A DNA stretch of 64,000 nucleotides from contig CM120645.1 of NCBI GenBank assembly GCA_051362555.1, positions 18,228,001 to 18,292,000 of the forward strand, given 5' to 3'. A program made the position numbers and the translations under genes. Positions 39,726 through 51,752 of this stretch are shown here, piece after piece. Origin of the DNA: Lingula anatina (Eukaryota > Animalia > Brachiopoda). Within the stretch, counting starts at the first letter, position 1. The number at the start of each line of letters is the position of its first letter. The notes under the pieces are model-generated. The model did no database searches. It was given only the letters and a program-made list of their open reading frames with translations, and had not been told where the DNA came from.

Positions 39726-41463
39726 TTCAAGCAGAGAGGTGTAAGAAGGCTCGTATGGGGGTTAGTGTATCTTTAAATGGGGAACCTTGTTTAGCATTCG
39801 TTGACACGGGTGCTAGTACCTCTCTGCTCCATTACTCAGTGTTTAAGATATTATGTGCGATGACTAGTAGACCTAGATTAGTGAAAAGTACACAACCCGT
39901 CATTAGTATAACTGGTCAGCAACTTACTGTGTTAGGAACAGCTCAAATTCGTATTGACTTTGCAAATGTGGTAGAGATGCTCATTGTAGACAATATTGAC
40001 CATCAAATGATATTGGGTAATGACACGCTTCAGGCACACAGGAGAGTCATTAATTATGACACTAATACACTGTATTGGTGTCGTAGGGAATGGCTGCTGG
40101 TTGAATATAAACAGTATCAACAAAGTACTGATTTATGTACCGCACTTTTAAAAGCAACTCCTGTAGGTCACGAGGCAATAGATAAGGTTTTGATTGATTT
40201 CAATGATGTGTTTAGTGTAAAAGGTGAACTGCACGGTTTAAGTACCATGGAACCAATGACTATAGATACGGGTAATCATGTGCCCATTAGACAGAGACCA
40301 TATCGCACACCATTAGCGAAGCGAAAACTTAAAGAATCTGAAATTGAAGAAATGTTGAAAGATAATGTGATTCAACCAAGTTTCAGTCCATGGGCCTCTC
40401 CCGTTACACTAGTACCAAAGAAGGATGGCAGCACTAGATTTTGTGTGGACTACCGAAAATTGAACGAGCTTATTACACCTGCAAGGTACCTGCTACCCCT
40501 CATTCAGGACATCTTTGATCAGGTGAGTGGAGCACAGTGGTTTTCAGTACTAGATTGTCGTTCAGGGTACACACAAATTCCCATTGCTGAAAAAGATATT
40601 GAAAAGACAGCATTTGTTTGTCATTTGGGTCAATTTGAATACTTACGTTGTCCTTTTGGGTTATCAATTACTTCTGGGTATTTCCAACACATGATGGATT
40701 CGGTTCTGAGTGGCCTTATCGGAGTATCATGTTTTGTTTATCTGGAAGATATTCGCGTGTTTAGTAAGACAAAATAAGAACATGCAGAACATTTACGTCA
40801 GGTATTTCAGCGATTGCGCAACGCCGGTTTAAAATTAAAACCTTCAAAGTGTTCATTTGCCCAACAAGAAATTAAACTTTTAGGCTACATTGTGACCCCT
40901 GATGGTATTAGTAGTGATCCCGAGAAAACAAAAGCAATTTCCGCCTTAGAACCACCAAAATCAGTCAAAGTATTTGGTCTTTTCTCAGCATGTGTCAGTA
41001 TTACTCACGAACCATTCCCAATTTTGCTCACACAGCATCATCTCTATACAAACTTACCAAGAAGGGCAAGAAACATGTATGGGGGGATGAACAACAACAG
41101 GCATTTCAAACCTTAAAAGATCAGTTGTGTGCAAATGAGATTATGGCGTATCCCCGGACAGACAGACCGTATCGCTTGTATACGGATGCATCAAATTACG
41201 CGGTAGGGGGCATTTTAGTTCAGGTAGATGAAAACGGGATGGAACGTGTCATACAGTATGTCTCTAAATCCTTGTCAGGTCCAGCTCTTCGCTGGTCCAC
41301 ACTTGAATGCGAAGCTTATAGTTTAATTTTCTGCGTCAGTAAGCTGCGTCCCTATCTCATCGGGTCCGATTTTACCATCTTCACGGATCATAAACCTTTA
41401 CGATCTTTATTCACGGCCGAAATGCGCAACCCGAAAGTTCAACGCTGGGCTATGTTGCTGTCC
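39716..41463 (+). pseudogene. pol: Gypsy pol: aspartic protease, reverse transcriptase and RNase H; truncated before integrase
   Basis: FVDTGAS, SPWASPVTLVPKKDGSTRFCVDYRKLN, PFGL, YLED (for YLDD), LKPSKCSF, LYTDASNYAVG, TDHKPL, QRWAMLL. Stop at 40777 and a frameshift near 40975. Confidence 0.97.
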
Positions 41464-41797
41464 TGAGACAAAAGGACTGCGCTCAGTCAAGTGTTATTTC
41501 TTCCTGGTTATTAATATTCCTGAATGATCTATAAAGGCTGCCCTGTTTTAAGGTGAATTCATATCGTATTTTGGCTTTGGCGATATCATTATACATTTTG
41601 GACTGACAGTTACTAAGTAGAAGAAACATCTGTATATTTTCCAAAAGACAGTATAATTTCCACTTGCATCAAATGAATATCTTGTTCATTTTATTGGATC
41701 AGCTGGGTGCACAACACTAAGGCCCAAGAACCAGCGCGTTATCTAACGTGACATTATTTTAACGTAAAGTCCGACTGACGAAGTCTGGGACTTAACA
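41462..41797 (+). repeat. Truncated 3' LTR (336 bp)
   Basis: Matches 38289-38624 with about 3 substitutions by eye; fused directly to the end of RNase H. Confidence 0.95.
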
Positions 41798-42183
41798 AGG
41801 GGTTTAAGAGTAAATTGTTTGTTTGGAACTTATCGTCTTTTGAAGTGAATAACCCATTGAAATATGGGGTAATTTAACGTAAAAGATGATAAAATCAAAA
41901 GTAAATAGTTTAAGACAATTCTCTGGTACCGCCCTGAAGTGCTTTCACCCAGCTTTATGAGGCCTTTTGAATCACTTGAATAGCTGTCTTGGTTATAGAG
42001 AAAATCCCAATTCCGAAAACGGCATTTTCCCCCTAAAATTGGCACTATACCGTCATCCGTTGGACACTGTACTTAATCCCCGTCTTTAATTGGCCTTTTG
42101 GGAAGTTTGTTTTAATTTTTTATAAAAACTTATAAGCCCAGGGCTTTATTTCTATGACTTTGGTCCTTTTACTATTAGTCCCC

Positions 42184-43855
42184 TTAAGCTTATCACAGAT
42201 TTTCATTATTGTTAAGCATCATCTGTCCAAATTCCACAAATATTGGACAAGATTTGTGAAAATTATTAACATTTAACTACTTAATACCATGGAATTTGGC
42301 AGTCTTTTCAGTGTTATTTTCAGTTTTCTCAACTTTATTGTCCAAAAAAGAAATCTTTTTCATGAGACACATTCAACTGATGAGCTTATCACAAATTTTC
42401 ATTGTTGTTATGCATCATCTGTCCAAATTCCACAAATATTGGACAAGATTTGTGAAAATTATTAACGTTTAGCTATTTTAAGACACTGCATTTAGCAGTC
42501 TTTTCAGTGTTATTTTCAGTTTTTCTCAAGTTAATATGTTCTTAAAATATCCTTTTTATTAGACACATTCAACTGTTTAGGTTAACTTTATTAAAATTGA
42601 AAACTTAAATCATACCATTTGATTTTTTTATGTGAGGCTATTTATATGTTGTGAAATTGAAAAAATTGTTTTTGGTAATTCTCACTCTTTTCATACAAAT
42701 TGTCAATAAACTACACTTCTATTACACATAGTCAACTGATAAGCTTATCACAGATTTTTATTATTGTTAAGTACCATTTATCCAAATTCCACAAGTATTG
42801 TACAAGATTTGTCAAAATTATTAATGTTTAACTATTTTAGACCATGGAATTTGGCAGTCTTTTCAATGTAATTTTTAGTTATCTCCAATTAATATGATCA
42901 AAAATCTTTTTCATTAGACACATGATGAGTTTTTTATTGATTTTAAGCATTATTTGTACAACTTTCAAAAACATTGGATTAGATTGGTCAAAGCTATTAA
43001 CATTAACTATTTTATACCATGAAATGTCACAAATATATCACAAATATTTGACCAGATTTGTCAAAATTATTAATGCTTAACTTTTTCAAGTCATGGAATT
43101 TGGCTGTCTTTTCAGTTTTCTCAAAAATATATGTTCTGAAAAAATCTTTTTCATTTGACATTGTCAACTGAAGTGCTTTTCACAGATTTTTATTGATGTT
43201 AAGCATGATTTGTACAAATTTCACAAATATTAGATATGCCAACATTATTAACATTTAACTATTTTAAGTTATTGAATTTGGAAGTTTATCAATGTTATTT
43301 TCAGCTTCTCAAATATATTGACTGAAAATACCCTTTTTATTAAACACAGTCATCTATTTAGCTTAACTTTATCAAAAGTATTTATGTTTAACTATTTTTA
43401 ACTGGGAAATTTATCAATTTTTAATATTTAATTTACGCTTTTTTCAAATATATTTTGTCAAATGGTGTGCTAAACCCAATTCCAGAAACTGATTGTAGGG
43501 AGGAATCTGCACCTGGTATTGGTAGTAAGGAGAAGTCTGGAATGGGTATATGTTGTTTTCTAGGTCACATTTCTGGACAATTTGTCACCTCTACACAAGC
43601 AAACAAATTATCACATTTGATGTTTCTTTGGAGATTGAATGATATATTGAATGATATATATGATATATTGGCGTATTTATTAAAATATTTGTTTTCAATA
43701 ATTCTCACTCTTCTCATACAAATTGCCAATAAGCTACACTTCTGTTACACACAGTCAACTGATAAGCTTATCACAGATATCTGCAGTTGTTAAATGTCAT
43801 TTTTTCAAAATTAAAAAGAAATAAAATATAATTGACAAAATTGTTAATATTTAAT
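42184..43855. repeat. Diverged continuation of the 195-bp satellite with a partial spacer copy
   Basis: Same monomer motifs with many substitutions; spacer homology at ~43455-43740. Confidence 0.9.
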
Positions 43856-46032
43856 TGTACCACCAGCCTTAGCGCTGGCGGTACACATGGTTTCGGTCCC
43901 GTCCGGATCGTTCCGCCGGCTCCGCCGGCTCCGCCGGACGGCTACCGTTACCGCTTCTCCTCCTAGACGGTAATGGGCCCCCATACCCATCTCATGGATT
44001 TAGGTCACCTATGATCTCACCTCGTTCCACGTAAAATTTGGGCTTTGTCGGTATTGGGGTCTGGGTGTGGCACTCATTACAATGCACCCTTGTCTAAAAA
44101 TGGCAAAATTAAATGCTAATTATCTACCCTACGGAAGGAGTTATGGGAAAAATTTCTATAGACGGCTTTCCAAAAGTCATATGTGTAGATTTCAAATATA
44201 CCCTTGGATTTGACCTTTGACCTTTACTTCAAGGTCAAATGGGCCAAAATTTTCAAAAAAATGAAATTTTTTACGAAAAAAATTTTTTTTGCCCTGTTAT
44301 TCAGACACTTCACAGACTTAACCAATAATATTATTGGAAAGTGTTACCCTTCAGGTCATCTTTCATCTCCATGAATTTGGGGTCAATCGGTGCATTTTCA
44401 CGGGAGTAGCGGCCATAAGATACCGAAACTGAAAACTGTCTCTAATTCGGGAACCGTTAATGCTAGAGACCCATTCTTTTTTGCATTTTGTAGAGCATGT
44501 AAAGCCCAACACTGCAAGTGGTCTCCGTTTTTTTGTATTCCATACGGTTTTCAAGTTACGCTGTATCAAAAAGTACATATTGGTGGTAGAAGCAAAATGT
44601 GCAGTACGGTAATGGATAATAAATTTTGAACTGTGGAAAAATAAAACATAAGGCTTGGCAAAGCAGACAACTTGTGTTCAAAAATGACATTATTTCATCA
44701 AATTTGAACTTCTGAAACTTCAGAGCACCTCCTATTTCAAGAATTTCGACCAAAATAGCATTTTCTTTATTTTAATTAATTTTTTCTGTACGAAATTTAA
44801 GGCACATTATGGTAACTCCAAAATTATAACATTTAGTCCCTTATATCTCCAAAACTGGCAGAGATAGGTCCATAGTTACTATTGAAGTTGAATAGGAAGT
44901 CATATACTGGCAATCTTACTGTGACCTTGAAATTGACCTTTGACCTACTTTTCACCATGAACTGAACTTTCCAAATTTTGCTTCCCTTTTATCTCCAAAA
45001 CTGGCAGAGATAGGTCCATAGTTACTATTGAACTTGAATAGGAAGTCATATACTGGCAATCTATATGTGACCTTAAAATTGACCTTTGACCTACTTTTCA
45101 CCATGAACTGAACTTTGCAAATTTTGCTTTCCTTTTATCTCCAAAACTGGCAGAGATAGGTCCGTAGTTACTATTGAACTTGAATAGAAAGTCATATACT
45201 GGCAATCTATATGTGACCTTAAAATTGACCTTTGACCTACTTTTCACCATGAACTGAACTTTGCAAATTTTTCTTCCCTATATCCAAAACTGGCAGAGAT
45301 AGGTCTGTAGTTACTATTGAACTTGAATATGAAGTCATATACTGGCAATCAAAATGTGATCTTAAAATTGACCTTTGACCTACTTTTCACCATGAACTGA
45401 ACTTTGCAAATTTTGCTTCCCTTTTATCTCCAAAACTGGCAGAGATAGGTCCATAGTTACTATTGAAGTTGAATAGGAAGTCATATACTGGCAATCTTAC
45501 TGTGACCTTGAAATTAACCTTTGACCTACTTTTCACCATGAACTGAACTTTGCAAATTTTGCTTCCCTTTTATCTCCAAAACTGGCAGAGATAGGTCCAT
45601 AGTTACTATTGAAGTTCAATAGGAAGTCATATACTGGCAATCTAAATGTGACCTTAAAATTGACCTTTGGCCTACTTTTCACCATGAACTGAACTTTGCA
45701 AATTTTGCTTCCCTTTTATCTCCAAAACTGGCAGAGATAGGTCCATAGTTACTATTAAACTTGAATAGGAAGTCATATGCTGGCAATTTACTGTGACCTT
45801 GAAATTGACCTTTGAGCTACCTTACGATGAATTCACTTTGATTGTACCATTTTAAGTTATATATATTTTTTGCATATTTTGAAAATTCTTGTTGATTGCA
45901 TTTTTACAGCTTGTCAAGCACAAGACTGGTGGCTGTGTCCCTTACTTTGTGTATGTGGGGGTCTATATGAATGCGCTTGCTCCAGCTGGTGGTACAATAT
46001 TCGGAGGCGGTATCGCCTCTCTGATCCTCTAG
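43856..46032 (+). mobile_element. HINE-A copy 3, apparently complete, with ~7 units of the 146-bp repeat
   Basis: TGTACCACCAGC subTIR plus inverted repeat at the 5' end; GCTGGTGGTACA, GAGGCG hairpin and CTAG at the 3' end; lacks the IS3EU MITE. Confidence 0.9.
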
Positions 46033-46079
46033 TTATATTATATTATATGATGGTAATTTTGGTACATTTTAAGTCTTAT

Positions 46080-47910
46080 TGCACATTGTGCTCTGCCACC
46101 ACGTCACTGTTACTGCTTCTCCTCTTAAACTATAAGAGCCCGTGTATCGATCTCTTGTATGTAGGTCAGATATAATCTCAACTTGCTCCATGGGAATTTT
46201 GGGCTTTGTCGGTGCTGGGGTGTAGGTGTGGTGTTCGTCACATTGCACCCTTGTCCAAAATTTGCAAAATGAAATGCAGAATATCTCCCAAACTGAAGGC
46301 ATTGCAGGAAAAGTTTCTATGGATGACTGAAAGTGGTATGTGGGATTTAAAATATGCCCATTTAAGGTCAAATGGGCCAAAATTTTCTTAAAATGTTTTT
46401 ATTTTTTTGCTTGGGTCATCTTTCATGTTCATGAGTTTGGGGTCAGTTGGTGCATTTTTATGGGAGAAGCGGCCATTAGATTTCTTGACTGAAAACTCTA
46501 ATCCTGGAACCATAAATGCTAGAAACCTCTTGTTTAGTGCATTTTATAGAACTTGTCAAGCACAACACTAGGGATGGTGTCTGTTTTTTTGTTTTCCATA
46601 TGGTATACGAGTTGCGCCATATCAGAAAGTACATTGTCCTAATATTTATTGGAGAAAATAAAATGTGAAATAATTCCAAAATTAGCAGAGATACCCCCAT
46701 AGTTACTATAGACCTTCAATATGAAGACATATACTGGCAATCTGTCTCCTTGAGATTGATTTTTGTCCCTTATATCTCCAAAACTGCCAGATATATGCCC
46801 AAAGATACTATTAAACTTGAACAGGAAGTAATATACTGGTAATATGTGACCTTGAAATTGACCTTTGACCTAATTTTCAATTTGAACTGAACTTTGCAAC
46901 TCTCTGTCCCTTATATCTCCAAAACTGCCAGAGATAGAACTGAACTTTGCAACTCTCTGTCCCTTATATCTCCAAAACTGCCAGAGATATGCCCAGTTAC
47001 TATAAAACTTGAATAGGAAGCCACATACTGACAATCTAACTGTTACCTTGAAATTGACCTTTGACCTCATTTTCAATTTGAACTGAACTTTGCAACTTTT
47101 TTGTCCCTTATATCTCCAAAACTGCCAGATATACACCCAAAGTTACTATTAAACTTGAAGAGGAAGTAATATACTGGCAATATGTGACCTTGAAATTGAC
47201 TTTTGACCTAATTTTCACCATTAACTGAACTTTGCAAGTCGTCTACCCCTTAGATCTCCAAAACTAGTGGAGATATGCCCAAAGTTATTATTGAAGTCAT
47301 ATACTGACAATACGTGACCTTGAAATTTACTTTTACCCACTTTTCACCATGAACTGAACTTTGCAAGTTTTCCATCAATAGATCTCCAAAACTGGCAGAG
47401 ATATGCCCATAGTCATACATTGGCAATCTAACTGTGACCTTGAACTTGACCCTACAGTAGACCTACTTTTTACCACGAACTGAACTTTGCAAATTTCCTG
47501 CCCCTTATGTCTCCAAAACTGGCATGCCCACAGATACTACCAAACATGAATAAGATCTCATATGTTGACAGTCTTCCTGTGACCTTGAATTTGACCTTTG
47601 ACCTACCTTTAGCCATGAAGCGCACTTTCCAAATTTCCAAGCTCTGATATATATACAATTGAACTTGGATGGGAAGTCCTATATTCTCATTCTTACTGCA
47701 ACCTTGAATTTGAACTTTACTTCTCCCCACAATTTGTTATAAATAGTAATACATGTATTCTTTAAAAAATTGAGAACTGTCGTTTACTATTTTGTAAAGT
47801 TTGTCAAGCACAACACTGGAGGTGGTTTCCCTTTTTTTTTCTATAAAAGTGTGCTTACTCCAGCTGGTAGTACAAAACCCGGAGGCGGTATCCCCTCTCT
47901 GACCCTCTAG
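46080..47910 (+). mobile_element. Older diverged relative of HINE-A
   Basis: Collinear core, degenerate TGACCTTTGACC array units, 3' GCTGGTAGTACA..GAGGCGGTATCCCCTC..CTAG. The 5' end is eroded, so the start is approximate. Confidence 0.8.
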
Positions 47911-48585
47911 TTTTCACCTTTCTCAAATGAATTGTGCAAAAAAAAAAAAAAAAAAAAAAAATTTCCAGTTTTTTTATAGTTGTTATCAGTTTTCTCAAAT
48001 ATGTTGTCCTAAATATTACTTTCATTACATACAGTTAACTGATCAGCTTATTTTAGATTATTTCAGTTGCTAACATGGGAGTACATCTGGCAGAGTTATA
48101 AACGTTTAACTATTTTAATCTGTTGAATTTAGCAGTTTTTTAATGTAATTTGCACTCTTTTAAAAATATTTTTTTTACAAATATGCAGTTACACAGTCAT
48201 CAGTAATCACACAGTGTAACTGATGAGCTTATCACATTTCTATTGCTGTTAAGCATTATTTGTACAAGTATCACAAATAATGGACTAAATTTGTCAAAAT
48301 TATTAATGCTTAACAATTGTAAGCCATGTAATTTGCCAGTTTTTAAATGTAATTATAAAATATGAAAGTTTTTCACGATACACAATCAACTGATAAGCTT
48401 ATCTCAGATTTATACAGTTGTTAAGCTTCAGTTGTACAAATGTCACAACCATTGGGCTTGATATGTCATTATTATTAACATTTTACTGTTTTCATCATCG
48501 GAATTTGCCAGTTTTTTTAAGTCTAGTTTTCACTTTTCTCAAAAATTCACTTCAATTACACACAGTCAACAGATAAGCTTACCTC
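47911..48585. repeat. Most diverged outer monomers of the 195-bp satellite
   Basis: AACTGATAAGCTTATC and TTAACTATTTT motifs at roughly monomer spacing. Confidence 0.8.
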
Positions 48586-49204
48586 AATCATAATCAAGTT
48601 GCTCTTTCTAGACTGAAACACAGATGTAGGTCTAACGTTTAAAAACCAACCTTATTAGATTTTTGCTCACATACACCTGTACATACACTGTTGATTCATG
48701 TGTGGACATACAAAGACGTAGATGTCATATACAGCTACATGTTGATATCATAATGTGGTAGGTACTTATTGCAACAGAGACGATCATATTTTCCTCCAGG
48801 TGGCGTTATAGTACTGCCCAGTTTGTCAAACGTGGCGAAAACTGTTCAGATAAAAGCAGTGGACCATTTTAGAATAGCCATTGACCTACGTGTACATAAT
48901 ATTATTTCATTTTGGACGTTTTCTTCTGGTTTATTTTTGAAATATATTTAACACAAATGCACTATATATATGCATTTTGGTTTTAGTAAATCTTTAATCA
49001 AGTTTTGTTTGTCAGATAAGGGTGAGGGTTGGACAGAAAAGCTTTAGCCAATCCCCCATTAAGCGAATTGGACCTAATCACTGGGAAGAGTTGTTACATC
49101 TAATGTGATCAGGGAGTGGATGCGAGGCGGTCTGGAAACTAAGTATACGAATATTTATGTCTCAACCTATTCAGTATATATATTTGTGCATCTTTGAAGA
49201 TCTA

Positions 49205-49512
49205 CATTTAAGTTGTAAAATACAATCCGAGCTTTCGGCTCCTGGGCCTTCTTCGGGGATTATGAACAAAAAGTGAAAAAGACACCTAGACATCTGAATA
49301 ATGGACTCAGTATAGGGACAAAAGTTTCTTAAATGAGTATTGATTTTTTCTTTGTTACTTAATTTTGACGTTTTTTACGTTTAGCACGCTTTTTGGACAT
49401 CGTGTGTCTTTAACACATCACCGACGTAACATTTGTTTTTTCACTTTTTGTTCATAATTCCCAAAGAAGTCCCAGGAGGCGAAAGCTCGGATTGTATTTT
49501 ACAACTTAAATG
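49205..49512. mobile_element. Penelope-like element remnant (inverted pseudo-LTR pair)
   Basis: ~76-bp inverted repeat (49205-49280 and 49436-49512), each arm containing a minimal hammerhead motif. Confidence 0.7.
49224..49261 (-). ncRNA. Minimal type I hammerhead ribozyme motif (U4C core variant)
   Basis: Minus strand AATCC-CCGAAGA-A-GGCccaggaGCC-GAAA-GCTC-GGATT: stem I, core, stem II, palindromic AGCT stem III. A more degenerate copy lies on + at 49456-49493. Confidence 0.65.
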
Positions 49513-50446
49513 AAATTCAGTATAACGTTTCAATGTATCAGTGTTAGGGATTGAATATTTACTTATTTGTAATTAATTTTATAAGAAGTACTGTGACGCG
49601 TGCATGCATAAGAATGGCTTGGGCCATTCCCCAGTGTTTCCCCCACAACATTTTGCTTCCTCCTTATCGCGCCCTATGGAAATGAAAACTGTTTCGAACT
49701 TCGTTGGTAGAAAAAGTATCAGCAGTTGAAGACATACCAGGAGTACATGTCTATTTACAAGAAGCAGACAAAAAAGGGGATATGCCGTGGAATCTCCCAT
49801 TTAAATTCCTAATTACTGACATGTAAATATTTGTAGTAAGCGGTTGTAGTAGAAATAAAAAGAGCATAACAGACAGTAGGTTTACTGTATAAGTATTACA
49901 CTTCCATTTCTAATTTCGGCAAGATTTCACTAGTCCAGTTGTACTATTTCAGTCCGTTTAATATATAAGTTGAATTATAGCTACACTGTATGACGGGAGA
50001 TTTTAAGAATTGTAGCTTCACTGGCCTGCAATCCTTTAAGGCATAGGGGGCGAACTGATAGCGTAAAATACTGTTTCAAACAAATGTTAATCGTTTTGTC
50101 GATACTTTATGTCAATACCTTTAACAGTAAAGCATTGGGTACTAGAAACATGGCATGTTTAAGACTGCGTGGCCATCAGATACAAGTTTGGTTTATTTCA
50201 GTAAAGATATCCGCTCCTTATACCTTTCAAAGTGCTCTATTCTCGTAAGACCTTCAAGTTTGCCGCCGTGGCCTTTGTTAAATGTTACTACAAAGACTAC
50301 CCTCTACCAGGGCCACATATTGATTTTTCACTAGATACACGTTTTCACAGATATGTCTCTAGTTATAAACGATGGGACTTTTCTGTCCTGCGTCAGAGAA
50401 AACTGCACATGAAACCAGCGGTCCTGGGAGATTGTAGATTATGATA

Positions 50447-50654
50447 AACGCGACCAAAAAAGTTCGGAAACGTGAAACTGTTTTTCAATCACCAAAAAAT
50501 ATAATGTGTTGGGAAAATCTTCTGTGTAAATAAAGATTAACAAAGGGTGGGTTCATTATCCAACAATATTTGGTAAAAATATTTACCGAAACTAAAAATG
50601 GTTATTTTATAACTATTCAAAATAACGTTGTTTCCGAATTTCTTTGGGCGAAAG
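50447..50654. mobile_element. Degenerate Tc1/mariner-type MITE
   Basis: CGACCAAAAAAGTTCGGAAAC versus inverted CGCCCAAAGAAATTCGGAAAC (18/21), flanked by TA. Confidence 0.55.
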
Positions 50655-51532
50655 TACCAGCAAGGTAACGAGTGGTGACTTGGCGTAACGTTGTCGTGCG
50701 AATAAAGTACGAATAAATATGGAAATTTTTTATCGTCCAGAAAAGCTTAAATAGCTCAACTTTACAATTTTTTTCATAAGCCAAGAGTGAGTGTTTCGAA
50801 AGATCATTTGGAACAATTTACTGATATATTTTCCCGACAGCGATTTTCATGCTATGTTCCTTTTTCCATGTTTTATGCTTTGGTAATAATAAATCAAATA
50901 AATCATGTAAATATAGAAATAGTCACAAGTTATTGATCTTATTAGTCAGTGGCGCACACGTTCTGTGTGATATTTGATGAATTATATCTCTTTAATTACT
51001 GTCAATTTCTCAAATTTTTGAATTTTTTGAAATGCTTGTAGATATTGATAACATCAAACCATAAACGAGTAATTTGGTTGACCGTTTATCGGTGAAATGT
51101 AATACATTTGTTGTATATAGTACACCTTAGAGTGATGAAGTGATGATTTAAGTGTTATTAAACGTGATAGTTTTACATTTAAATGCTTAAATATGATTAA
51201 TACGTAGTTGTTTGAGACTGAATAAAGATTTTCCAAGTATACAAAATGTCTTAGTTATTTCTTTGACGGGTGCATTGCTCAGCGGCAACCTGAGGTTGGG
51301 CTTCGACCTTGGCTTACGTTTCTAAAATTTCTTTAATGTATTGGGATTTTCTTTAGAATTTTACTTTGGTTACTACAAGAATTTCATTGACTCAGTGGTG
51401 CCTCTCGGGTTTGGGTTCGTTTCCTGGTTCGGGTACATGGAAATCATTGAATACTTTTTCAAGGGGCTTTACAGAATTTTCCCTTTGGTTACTATAAGAA
51501 GAAAGTCCCACGGAGGAGGGTGGGTGGGAACA

Positions 51533-51752
51533 CTCAGGGGAGTAGGTAACGCGCTTGCCTCTGCGTCAGAAAGTCCGAAGTTCGAATCCTGGCGCTTCTG
51601 GGTCCCAACAATTTTCCTCTTGCAAAAAATTCAAATAAGCAAGGTGAACTAATGCAAGAGGATCCCACATTTTAGAAGAGGCTATTTGAGTTAGTGGCTC
51701 AATAGGTAAGACAACAGACCTGTATAGAGAAGAACGAGAGTTCAAATCGAGC
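51533..51752 (+). pseudogene. Two adjacent tRNA-derived remnants (SINE heads or tRNA pseudogenes)
   Basis: A-box-like GAGTAGGTAA with B-box GTTCGAATCC (51580); GTGGCTCAATAGG with GTTCAAATC (~51740). Cloverleaf stems are not intact. Confidence 0.4.

Larger units (their letters stand above)
35087..41797 (+). mobile_element. Ty3/Gypsy LTR retrotransposon, defective (integrase, PPT and 5' part of the 3' LTR deleted)
   Basis: TGTAA...TTAACA termini; 4-bp TSD AGGG at 35083-35086 and 41798-41801; gag-PR-RT-RNase H order. Confidence 0.92.
33703..42183 (+). mobile_element. Internally deleted Kolobok-type DNA transposon, host of the Gypsy insertion
   Basis: TTAA duplicated at 33699-33702 and 42184-42187 where intact satellite units read tgTTAAgcttatcac. 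Short TIRs starting GG (GGTGGGTAATAG vs GGGGACTAATAG). Transposase N-terminal remnant inside. Confidence 0.8.

Noticed and set aside
51533-51752. Functional tRNA genes
   Set aside because: Acceptor and anticodon stems cannot be formed; kept only as tRNA-derived remnants.
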